Shown piece after piece: positions 47,376 to 57,773 of a stretch of DNA of 64,000 bases. Source of the stretch: Clostridia bacterium (GTDB taxonomy: Bacteria; Bacillota; Clostridia; Christensenellales; UBA1242); NCBI GenBank assembly GCA_016297845.1, contig JAEDFV010000002.1, forward strand, positions 671-64,670, read 5' to 3'. The position numbers and the translations under genes are program-made. The notes under the pieces are model-generated. The model was not told where the DNA came from. It searched no databases and was given only the letters and a program-made list of their open reading frames with translations. Each line of letters opens with the position of its first letter. Position 1 is the first letter of the stretch.

Positions 47376-48489
47376 CTATTTGCTTGCACTTTTCTTAAGA
47401 TAGTCGCTTATAAATGGTTCAATGTCACCGTCCATAACGCCAAATATGTCGCTGGTTTCATAGCCAGTTCGATGGTCCTTGACCATTGTGTATGGGTGGA
47501 AAACATATGAACGAATTTGACTTCCCCACTCAATTTTTTTGAGTTCTCCACGAATGTCGTTCAGTTTCGCAAGTTCTTCCTCCTCTCGCTTTTCAACAAG
47601 TTTTGAAAGCAACATTTTCATGCATGTCTCACGATTTTGAATTTGACTGCGCTCCGTTTGACACGAAACAACAAACCCAGTTGGAATGTGAGTTATTCGA
47701 ATTGCACTTTCAGTTTTGTTAATGTGCTGACCGCCAGCGCCACTGCTTCGATAGGTGTCAATTTTGAGGTCTTCGCTTCGAATAACAATGTCTTCACTCT
47801 CCGAAATTTCTGGCATAACTTCGACACTTGCAAAACTTGTGTGACGGCGCGCGTTTGAATCAAATGGAGAAATTCGAACAAGCCTGTGGACACCTTTTTC
47901 GCATTTCAAGAATCCATAGGCGTTGTCGCCTTCAACGGTGAAAGTTATGGATTTTATTCCCGCTTCGTCTCCGTCAAGTACACTTAATACACTCGTCTTG
48001 AACCCTTCCTTTTCGGCATATCGCGCGTACATTCTATAGAGCATGTTCGCCCAATCTTGCGCTTCGGTTCCGCCCGCCCCAGCATGAATTGTCAATATCG
48101 CATTGTTTGAGTCATATTTTCCCGAAAGAAGTGTTTCAAGTTTTGTTTTTTCAATGTCTGAAGAAAACGATTTTATCTCGCGCAAAAGTTCGTCAAAAAA
48201 TTCGCGCCCTTCATCATCTCCAGAAATTTCAGCAATTTCCAAAAGTGCGTTTATGTCCGCAAGTTTTTTTTCGAAAGACTTTACTTTTCCAATTCGCGCC
48301 TCAAGTTTTTTCAGTTCTTTTCCAACCTTGAGCGCTTTTTCGCTGTCTTGCCAAAACCCGTCAGACTCCTGCTCCAATTTTAAACTTGAAATTTTGTTCC
48401 GCGTTTCTTCCGTGTCAAAGACACTCCTTTATGAAGGAGAATTCCTTTTCTAGTTCTTTGACTTTTATTTTTTCATTTTCAACTATCAT
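47376..48489 (-). CDS. prfB: Peptide chain release factor 2, with programmed +1 frameshift
   Basis: ORF0 is 48489..48415 (MIVENEKIKVKELEKEFSFIKECL*). After the +1 shift at CTT TGA C, reading continues DTEETRNKISSLKLEQESDGFWQD... to 47376. SPF and GGQ motifs (RISPFD, SGAGGQHINK) are present. Confidence 0.93.
48414..48429 (-). promoter_or_regulatory. RF2 autoregulatory +1 frameshift site
   Basis: Coding strand AAG GAG TGT CTT TGA C: an internal SD-like AAGGAG 3 nt before the slippery CTT, then UGA followed by C. Confidence 0.9.
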
Positions 48490-48496
48490 ACGAAAG

Positions 48497-48525
48497 ACTA
48501 TACATTTTCTGCTCAAGTTTGTCAA
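48497..48525 (-). promoter_or_regulatory. prfB promoter (predicts a leaderless mRNA)
   Basis: Minus strand TTGACA (48525-48520), N17, TATAGT (48502-48497). Only 7 nt (CTTTCGT, no SD) separate the -10 from the ATG at 48489. Confidence 0.55.
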
Positions 48526-48556
48526 TCTTTTTCGCTCTTGAATTTTTCGCTATATT

Positions 48557-48860
48557 TTTGTAAAATAAATCAGTCTTATTTGTAAAAAATACATATTTTT
48601 GTAAAATAACACGCGTTTTGTAAAATATACAAAATATTTTTGTAAAAAAGACCTTATTTTGTAAAATACCCTTTATTTTGTAAAGAAATCATAATATTTG
48701 TAAAATATTTAGGTTTTTGTAAAATATTCTTTGTTTTTTGTAAAATAATTCATTTTTGTAAAATTATAAAGACTTTTGTAAAGAACTTTTTATATTTTGT
48801 AAAATATGTACGGATTGACTTTTGTAAAATATTAAATATTTTTGTAAAATATTTTACAAA
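48557..48860 (+). repeat. Array of 15 phased direct TTTGTAAA(A/G)(T/A) boxes with unrelated spacers, ending in a 20-bp palindrome
   Basis: Box starts: 48557, 48579, 48598, 48617, 48639, 48658, 48677, 48697, 48716, 48737, 48755, 48775, 48796, 48821, 48841. The inverted copy at 48851-48860 gives TTTGTAAAATATTTTACAAA. Confidence 0.9.
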
Positions 48861-48874
48861 ATCCCCCACTCCAT

Positions 48875-48906
48875 AAAAAAAACGATATCTTTCGATATCG
48901 TTTTTC
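48875..48906. terminator. Bidirectional terminator (copy 2 of the duplicated terminator)
   Basis: AAAAAAAACGATATC-TTTC-GATATCGTTTTT. Confidence 0.65.
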
Positions 48907-48922
48907 TTATATTGAATAGCAA

Positions 48923-51900
48923 TTACGCTTTTTCAACAATCTTACTTGCATAGCTTGAACCTAAAGCAGTTACGTATGCACTCTTTGTTCCAGTAGGAAC
49001 ATAGATTGTTGTAAGTGAGGTACAATTATAGAATACATCATTTCCAAATGTTGGAGGTGTAGTACCTTCAAAAGTTATTGATGTTAAGCTTGTATCACTA
49101 AATGCAACATCACTTATGCTTGTTACACTATCTGGGATTGTAATTGATGTCAAGTTTGTGCAACCAGAAAATACGGAATTTTCAATACTTGTTATGCCAT
49201 TTCCAATTGTTACTGATGTCAAGCTTTTGCAACCAGAGAAGGCGCTAGCACCTATAGTTGTTACACTATTTGGGATTGTAATTGATGTCAAACCTGTGTT
49301 AAGGAATGCCTCTTCTCCTATAATTGTTACGCCATTTGGAATTGTGATTGATGTCAAGCCTGTGCAACCAAAGAATGCAGAATCGGCGATTCCTATAACA
49401 TCGCTAGGAATTGCTAGGGTTCCAGTAGGTTCTGTTGTTTTATATCCTAAAAGCCATCTCTTTCCATCTGCTCGTGAGATATATAAATTTCCGACAGCAG
49501 CATTATTGTAGAAATACGTATTAGTGAATGCAGAATTACTGATACTTGTTACACTACTTGGTATTGTTATTGATGCCAAGTTTGTGCAGTCTAGGAACGC
49601 AGATATTTCTATACTTTTTACACCGTTTGGTATTGCAATAGACGTCAAACCTGTGCACTGAAATGCCCAACCCCCTATACTTGTTACACTGCTTGGTATT
49701 GTTATTGATGTTAAGCCTGTGTGACCAGAGAATGCATAATAACCAATACTTGTTACATTGTTTGGAATTATTGTGTTTTTGCAGCCTGCAACCAATTTAT
49801 TAGTAGAAATTTCAATTATACAATTTGCTCCATCGCCAGATGTATAGGTTGTATTTCCTTCTTCTACTACTATTGATTTCAAAGATGAACAATTATTAAA
49901 TGAACTACCATCAATACTTGTTACACTATTTGGAATTGTGATTGATGTTAGGTCTGTGCAATTTTTAAATGCGCCATATATAGCTGTTAATGTAGAAGGT
50001 AAGACAACATTAACAACATCTAAATCTATACCACCACTAAATGTTCCTTCAAGTTTTTTGACAGTATATGTTGTACCACCAATTTCAAATGTGTTTGGAA
50101 TAATATAAGACGTTTCCGATGTGGTTACTGATGTTATGGTTAATTCTGTTTCGTATTTACTGTATGTTATGTCACTTGAAGTTAAAGTATAGAAACCTTC
50201 AAACTCATATGTAATCGTTACTGCATTTGCTGGCATTGTAAATGTATATACGCCTTCTGAAATTTTTGTTACTTCAACTGCTCCACTGTTAACTTTCAAA
50301 GATTTTATTCCATAACCTGTATTTCCAATCGTTGTTATTGTAACAGTATCGCCATCAAATGCTTCGGCAACGTCTGTTTCAACAGTTCCATTATCAGCTT
50401 CAACTATTGCAATTGAACTCTTAACTCCAAAGTCAACTCTTACTTCTACGTTGTAAGCAATCATATTGAAAACATATTCGTTTTCATTTGCTGTTTTTGC
50501 TGGAATTAATGTTTCATAAATTCCATCGCCGTTTGAATCATAGAGAACTGAAATGGCTTTGAGAGAATAGCCATCGTCTGGTGCAACTGTGATTGTGATT
50601 TCATCATTGTAATTTGCAGTTGTTTTTGAAGCTGTGAATGAACCATTTACGAAGCTTTCTTCGTCAATTGTTATTGTATATAAAACAAGAGAGTAATTTA
50701 CAGAAATTGTTACATTTCCTGCTGGCATTGTGAACTTGTTATCTGTTACAACAATTGGTGTTTCACCGCACATAACTGTGTATGTTGCTTCATAACCAGC
50801 TTCTGGATTTGAAGTTATAACAACTTCTTCACCATATGTTGCTGTATCTTGAATTTCGAAAGTTCCATGGTCAGAAGTTCCTGTTCTTTCAATAGTGTAA
50901 ACTACTTGTTTGAATGTAACTGTTACTGTAACATCTTCTCCTGGCATTGAGAATGATGTTTCACCTACTTCAAGAGCAGTTCCGTTAACCAAAATTTGGT
51001 CAAGTTCATAACCTTCATTTGGATAAACTGTGACTTCTACAGAATCACCATAGTATCCTTCTGTTACAGAAAGATCAAAGGTTCCGTTTACTGTTTCTCC
51101 TTTTGTAATTTGAACTGTTTTCTTTCGGCATTCATAGTCAAAAGTAACCTCACCTGCTGGCATTACAAAGTACGCCAAGTCTTCGCCATTAGGACCCTGT
51201 TCCATTTGTACGGCTCCCATAAGGTCGCCTCCTGCCCAGTATAAATTTACACCACTATCAGAGAACTCATAACCTGGTTGTGGGGTAGCAAGACATATGT
51301 ATGCTCCTAATCCAAGTTCTACGGCTACACTTTCCTCAACTACGTAGACTTTTGTTCCTTCCGCAACAGCTATTGGGTTGGCATAAATGTTTGAACCTTC
51401 GTAAGAAACTATATTAATTGCGAATCCTTCTTGCACAAATGTTGCAGAAATTGTTACGTTTCCTGCTGGCATTGTGAATGTTGCAGTATTTCCATCAATA
51501 GTTCCTAAAACATTCAAATCTCCGTTTTTGATTGTGAGACTTTCAAGGCCATATGTTGCATTTGGAGAAATTGTGAGAGTAATTATTTCGCCAACAATTG
51601 CTGTTGTTTTGTTTGGAATTACACTTCCATTTTCTGAAGAACTAACTGCAATTAAATATTGATTTGCTGTCAATTCAACTGTTACTTCTGAATTTTCTGT
51701 AACAACGAACGAATTTCCAGAAATTGCTGTTCCATTAACTTTTATTGCTGAAACAGTATATCCCGCATCTGGAGTTACAGTTACTGTAATTGTATCTCCA
51801 TAATTTGCTGTTGTTTTTGATAAGGTTATTTTTCCATGTTCTGGATTTATTTTTGAAACATCATATTCATTTGCCTTAAACTCAACAGTAACTGTTGTGT

Positions 51901-52654
51901 CTTGAGCTGGCATAGTGAAAGTTGTTCCAGAGATTGTGTTTCCATTTACTTTTATTTTACTGAACAAATATCCAGCATCTGGTGTTATTCCAGTTACTTC
52001 TATTGTGTCGCCATAGTTTGCAGTTGCTGGAATAGTGAAAGTTCCATGTTCGCTTGCTTTTGTCAAAGAATATGTAATCTTTTCAAAAGTTGCGTTAATT
52101 GTTATGTTTCCTTTTGGCATATTAAAAGAGTATTTATCTCCTTCTTTAGTTACCAAAATTTGGAGGCCTCCATTAAGAACTTCAAGATATGTAGATTCAT
52201 AACCTTTTGTTGGAACTGGTGTAAGAGTTACTTTTGTACCCCATTCAATTTTATCACCAGTTGAAATGTTTTGCTCATCAACTTCAATGTCAATTGTTCC
52301 GTGTTCAACGTTACCGATATTAACTGCATAGTTTATTTTCTTAAACCTTGCTGTTACATTAATGTTTCCTTCTGGCATAACAAATTTATTGTTGATAACT
52401 ATTTTTCCGTTAACCTTCAAAGAGTCCTGAACATATTCATAACCTTCTCCAGCTTCTGGAATAATGGTTATTTCTTCCCCAGCAATCGGATCGCCAATAA
52501 CTTTAACCGAACAACCACTTGGGATTGCTTCGTCGATTGTTATGTTATACGCTTTCATATCTGCTTTTGTACAAGCTGTAAAGACAAATGCAGAGCAAAA
52601 GATAAGCGCAAAGCAACATAACACTGAAAGCAATGCTTTTTTGATTTTTGTCAT
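48923..52654 (-). CDS. Large surface lipoprotein, paralog 2: same B-repeat N-terminal 864 aa, divergent and longer BspA-type LRR region
   Basis: Identical signal/lipobox and B-repeats. After ..GGTTYTVK the sequence diverges (KLEGTFSGG.. vs SLTGKYQRL..). The LRR_5-type repeats are irregular. The conserved C-terminal end is ..YVPTGTKSAYVTALGSSYASKIVEKA. Confidence 0.85.
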   Translation of the reverse strand: MTKIKKALLSVLCCFALIFCSAFVFTACTKADMKAYNITIDEAIPSGCSVKVIGDPIAGEEITIIPEAGEGYEYVQDSLKVNGKIVINNKFVMPEGNINVTARFKKINYAVNIGNVEHGTIDIEVDEQNISTGDKIEWGTKVTLTPVPTKGYESTYLEVLNGGLQILVTKEGDKYSFNMPKGNITINATFEKITYSLTKASEHGTFTIPATANYGDTIEVTGITPDAGYLFSKIKVNGNTISGTTFTMPAQDTTVTVEFKANEYDVSKINPEHGKITLSKTTANYGDTITVTVTPDAGYTVSAIKVNGTAISGNSFVVTENSEVTVELTANQYLIAVSSSENGSVIPNKTTAIVGEIITLTISPNATYGLESLTIKNGDLNVLGTIDGNTATFTMPAGNVTISATFVQEGFAINIVSYEGSNIYANPIAVAEGTKVYVVEESVAVELGLGAYICLATPQPGYEFSDSGVNLYWAGGDLMGAVQMEQGPNGEDLAYFVMPAGEVTFDYECRKKTVQITKGETVNGTFDLSVTEGYYGDSVEVTVYPNEGYELDQILVNGTALEVGETSFSMPGEDVTVTVTFKQVVYTIERTGTSDHGTFEIQDTATYGEEVVITSNPEAGYEATYTVMCGETPIVVTDNKFTMPAGNVTISVNYSLVLYTITIDEESFVNGSFTASKTTANYNDEITITVAPDDGYSLKAISVLYDSNGDGIYETLIPAKTANENEYVFNMIAYNVEVRVDFGVKSSIAIVEADNGTVETDVAEAFDGDTVTITTIGNTGYGIKSLKVNSGAVEVTKISEGVYTFTMPANAVTITYEFEGFYTLTSSDITYSKYETELTITSVTTSETSYIIPNTFEIGGTTYTVKKLEGTFSGGIDLDVVNVVLPSTLTAIYGAFKNCTDLTSITIPNSVTSIDGSSFNNCSSLKSIVVEEGNTTYTSGDGANCIIEISTNKLVAGCKNTIIPNNVTSIGYYAFSGHTGLTSITIPSSVTSIGGWAFQCTGLTSIAIPNGVKSIEISAFLDCTNLASITIPSSVTSISNSAFTNTYFYNNAAVGNLYISRADGKRWLLGYKTTEPTGTLAIPSDVIGIADSAFFGCTGLTSITIPNGVTIIGEEAFLNTGLTSITIPNSVTTIGASAFSGCKSLTSVTIGNGITSIENSVFSGCTNLTSITIPDSVTSISDVAFSDTSLTSITFEGTTPPTFGNDVFYNCTSLTTIYVPTGTKSAYVTALGSSYASKIVEKA
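50061..52654 (-). repeat. 2.6-kb near-identical direct repeat, copy 2 (partner 40503..43096)
   Basis: See copy 1. I found four substitutions, all in the last ~130 bp next to the start codon. Confidence 0.9.
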
Positions 52655-52960
52655 TTTTATCCTCCTTTTCCAGACACAACCTGCTCAACCATAGTTCTCT
52701 CGCAAACTGGAAACTTATTTGCGATTTCTACAAATCTCGACATAATTATGCCTTTTTACCCTCTTAGTATACACAGTTTCTTATTTTTTTTACATTATCG
52801 TCCAACTGTACGAGTTTTTTGAAAAATGTCGAAAAATAGAAAACTTACATTATATATATCACAATCTCCACTGAATGTAAATAGTATTTTGAAATTTTGT
52901 CACATTATTTTTTGCTATCGCATAACTTATATTGAAAATCATTTTTTTTGGAGGTTTAAA

Positions 52961-53608
52961 ATGTCTTTTTACATCAACAACAATAACAACTGCCGTCCCG
53001 GAGGGTTGTGTGGAAACCCTACAAACGGCTTATGTGAAAAAGCACTTATCGAAGTTACAAAAGTTTTCGACGCATGCAGACAACAAATTGTTGAAAGCGG
53101 GCTTGCACTTACTCTTTCTGATTTCGACCCTGCCAACCCAACACTGCCTCTTACATTTATTTCTGCCACAACAAGTTTGACGGACCCTGCCACAATAAGC
53201 GATGTGGTTGTTGACAGGATAGAACAACGACCTAATTTTGCAAATGTCTCCGGAACCGTAACAATACCAATTATTGTGCAATATCGTGACGCAAACGGAG
53301 TGCTTGGAACTGCGAAATCCACCATCACAGTCCCAGAAAACGTAATTTTATTTGTTCCTCAACCATCGGTAACCCCTCTCGACATTTCCGTGTTTGCAAC
53401 ATTTACTTCGACAATAGGTTCAATCAATGAGGAAGGCACTGTCGCAACAGTAACTGGTTGCCTTAACATTATAATCAAAGTTACAGCACAAGTTGACATT
53501 CTTGTTCCATCTTATGGCTATCCAGTTATTCCACCTTGTCAACAAGCAGAAACGCAAGTTTGTCCTGGCCCAGGCGAACTGCCACTTTTCCCAACAGCAT
53601 TGGGTTAA
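52961..53608 (+). CDS. Hypothetical Cys-containing protein (215 aa)
   Basis: GGAGG RBS 5 nt upstream of ATG 52961 (the track ORF start at 52826 has no RBS). The N-terminus is MSFYINNNNNCRPGGLCGNPTNGLCEKALIEVTKVFDACRQ. Strong terminator follows. Confidence 0.55.
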   Translation: MSFYINNNNNCRPGGLCGNPTNGLCEKALIEVTKVFDACRQQIVESGLALTLSDFDPANPTLPLTFISATTSLTDPATISDVVVDRIEQRPNFANVSGTVTIPIIVQYRDANGVLGTAKSTITVPENVILFVPQPSVTPLDISVFATFTSTIGSINEEGTVATVTGCLNIIIKVTAQVDILVPSYGYPVIPPCQQAETQVCPGPGELPLFPTALG

Positions 53609-53626
53609 TATTCAATTTTCAACTAA

Positions 53627-53651
53627 ACCCCTTTCCCAGGGGTTTTTTTGT
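53627..53651 (+). terminator. Rho-independent terminator
   Basis: AAACCCC-TTTCCCA-GGGGTTTTTTT. Confidence 0.65.
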
Positions 53652-53741
53652 TTCAAAATGCAAATTAATGTTAAAAATATTTTAAAAATTGTTTTTGAAA
53701 TTTACTTTTCTATGTTAAACTTGGCATATAAGGAGCAAAAT

Positions 53742-54164
53742 ATGATTATTCTTGCATGCGACCACGCCGGATATCCACTAAAAGAAGAAATTAAAAAATT
53801 CTTTAACAGAGAAAACATAACAACAATTGACGTTGGAACATATAGCAACGAATCTGTTGACTATCCTGACTATGCAAAACTTGGAAACGCAAAAGTGTTG
53901 GAAAGCGAAAACAACATGGGAATTTACATCTGCGGAACTGGAGTTGGCATGAGCATCGTAGCAAACAGAAATTCAAAGATTCGTGCTGCACTTTGCTGGA
54001 ATCCAACAATAGCCTCGCTTGCAAGACGACATAATAATGCCAATGTTCTTGTCCTTTCAGGCAAATATCTCAGAAAAAGAAAAGCCATTCGAATTGTCAA
54101 AGAATTTTTAACGACTCAGTTTGAAGCAGGACGTCATGCAAAGCGATTAAAAAAACTAGGATAA
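53742..54164 (+). CDS. rpiB: Ribose-5-phosphate isomerase B
   Basis: MIILACDHAGYPLKEEI..., CGTGVGMSIVANR, RHNNANVL. AGGAG RBS upstream of ATG 53742; the longer track ORF is an artefactual 5' extension. Confidence 0.9.
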   Translation: MIILACDHAGYPLKEEIKKFFNRENITTIDVGTYSNESVDYPDYAKLGNAKVLESENNMGIYICGTGVGMSIVANRNSKIRAALCWNPTIASLARRHNNANVLVLSGKYLRKRKAIRIVKEFLTTQFEAGRHAKRLKKLG

Positions 54165-54166
54165 AG

Positions 54167-55012
54167 GTGATTATGATTTATACTTTTGTTTTTGTAGGCG
54201 AAAGAGAACGTGGAAAAATTTTAGAAGAAATAACTTCTAAAATCAGTTTATCTTCGAGCGCCTATCAAGTTTTGTTTTTAAACAATAAAGATTATACAAA
54301 AGAAGATTTATCTATTTATTCTCACATAAACTTCAGAACGATCATTTTTCGTGAAAGTGCAACACAAGATGAAATGTTCGAAACTGTTGTTCAAGGCGAA
54401 AGCCTCGGAACAGTAATTCTTTTCAAGGAAAGTGCTGTAAAAGTAAATTTTAAATATATCAATCAAATGATTGACCAAAATCGAAATGGTCACAAAATTG
54501 TAATTTCGAAACAAGATAAACATGCTAATATTTTCACACGTGCATTTAATCAAGTAAAAAAATTTTTAATAAGAGTTTTTCTCGGCATAAAACTTTATCC
54601 TGGAGAAGCTGACATAATTTTAATTGACCAAGTTCTTTTGTCCACAATGTCAGAAATGGACGGGAAAAGTGGTTTTTTAACAAAAGTTAATGGCTGGGCA
54701 GGAATTGAGCCAAAAACAGTGACCATTGACGAACAAAAGTCAGTTAAAAAATCTTATTCAATAAAAAACTTTGTTTTTCCAATAGTTTATGAATGGTTGT
54801 TTGTTCTAATGCTGATTGGAAATATTATCTTTTCAGTTTTGAACATAAAAATTCCGTTCCTAGGAATGTTCTCGTATATTTTGGCAGAGATTGCTCTCTT
54901 TGGAATGTTTATCTACACCCTTTCAAAATCGTTGTTTAGACAAGAATTTGGAAATATAAATTATACGTTAAAGAATGAAATTGTTAAAATTATTAATAAT
55001 TTTGAAGAATAA
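54167..55012 (+). CDS. Hypothetical membrane protein (soluble N-domain + 2 C-terminal TM helices)
   Basis: 281-aa ORF immediately after rpiB. The start is GTG 54167 or ATG 54173. No DXD or other catalytic motif recognised. Confidence 0.5.
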   Translation: MIMIYTFVFVGERERGKILEEITSKISLSSSAYQVLFLNNKDYTKEDLSIYSHINFRTIIFRESATQDEMFETVVQGESLGTVILFKESAVKVNFKYINQMIDQNRNGHKIVISKQDKHANIFTRAFNQVKKFLIRVFLGIKLYPGEADIILIDQVLLSTMSEMDGKSGFLTKVNGWAGIEPKTVTIDEQKSVKKSYSIKNFVFPIVYEWLFVLMLIGNIIFSVLNIKIPFLGMFSYILAEIALFGMFIYTLSKSLFRQEFGNINYTLKNEIVKIINNFEE

Positions 55013-55061
55013 CGAGATACTTAAATTGTCTGGACTTTCGCTTTATGCGTGTTTTATATAA

Positions 55062-57119
<2,058 letters not shown>

Positions 57120-57177
57120 TTGGATATATATGAACTATATTGGAATTTTGTTAAAAAAAATAGTGCATATTTATACA

Positions 57178-57765
57178 CTATTTTGCATTTTCATTCAACG
57201 TCTCCACTATGCCTAAGCCCGACCAAATTTGGTTTTTGATTTCTTCCAAATCATAATCCGTTTTAACCTTAATTGTAACAACAGGGAGTTCTGCACTTTT
57301 AAGCGCTTCGAAAACTTCTGGAGATTCTTGGTCGAGTTGTTCGTCACCAATTGAACCATCAAACACATCTATAACTAGTTTTGGTTTCATTGTTTCTTGC
57401 TCAAAAATAACAAAGTCCAAATATTTTCCTTTGACTGCATCAAAAAGCGCATGACTACCAACAGGTTCCAAAATTGTATCTATTCCAATTTTTGGAAAAA
57501 CAACATATTCTTTTGGCAAAATTTTTGAAATAACAATTAATAGTTTCACTTCTTTTCTATAAAGAAATTTATCTACAGTATCACAATACGACCCTTTTAG
57601 TTGCAATTTGTCTTGTTTGATTTTTTGTTTGACAACTTTTTTTGGTTTCTTCGTTTTTTGAATCTTGTCTTTTGGTTTCTTCTTTTTATATTTTGCAAAC
57701 TTATACGCAGAAAAAATTATTATCGCTATAAGAATAATTGCACTAAAAGCAATAATCCAGTTCAT
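57178..57765 (-). CDS. Membrane-anchored DUF2726-like (restriction-endonuclease-fold) protein
   Basis: N-terminal TM helix and a Lys-rich linker, then YVVFPKIGIDTILEP...GKYLDFVIFEQETMKPKLVIDV, which resembles the DUF2726 core (from memory). Confidence 0.5.
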   Translation of the reverse strand: MNWIIAFSAIILIAIIIFSAYKFAKYKKKKPKDKIQKTKKPKKVVKQKIKQDKLQLKGSYCDTVDKFLYRKEVKLLIVISKILPKEYVVFPKIGIDTILEPVGSHALFDAVKGKYLDFVIFEQETMKPKLVIDVFDGSIGDEQLDQESPEVFEALKSAELPVVTIKVKTDYDLEEIKNQIWSGLGIVETLNENAK

Positions 57766-57773
57766 TTTTCACC

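Noticed and set aside
48557-48860. Repeat-spacer look of the TTTGTAAAAT array suggested a CRISPR-like array
   Set aside because: The repeats are only 10 bp and the spacers 8-15 bp, far below CRISPR dimensions. There is no cas gene or leader in the window.
39596-52654. Two near-identical segments with a variable end suggested a diversity-generating retroelement (TR/VR pair)
   Set aside because: No reverse transcriptase gene is nearby. The identical part is 2.6 kb rather than ~100-150 bp. The few substitutions are not adenine-specific, and the variable region differs by large-scale repeat content rather than point changes.
40503-52654. Possibility that the 2.6-kb duplication is an assembly artefact
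   Set aside because: Not fully excluded. However, each copy has unique flanks on both sides, different LRR regions in frame, and four distinguishing substitutions near the 5' end, which fits two real loci. This is flagged for read-level confirmation in the findings.
52826-53741. Long 5' extensions of the track ORFs 52826..53608 and 53493..54164
   Set aside because: Strong GGAGG/AGGAG ribosome-binding sites precede the internal ATGs at 52961 and 53742. The rpiB family N-terminus (MIILACDHAG) starts at the internal Met. The extension of the second ORF overlaps the first gene and its terminator.
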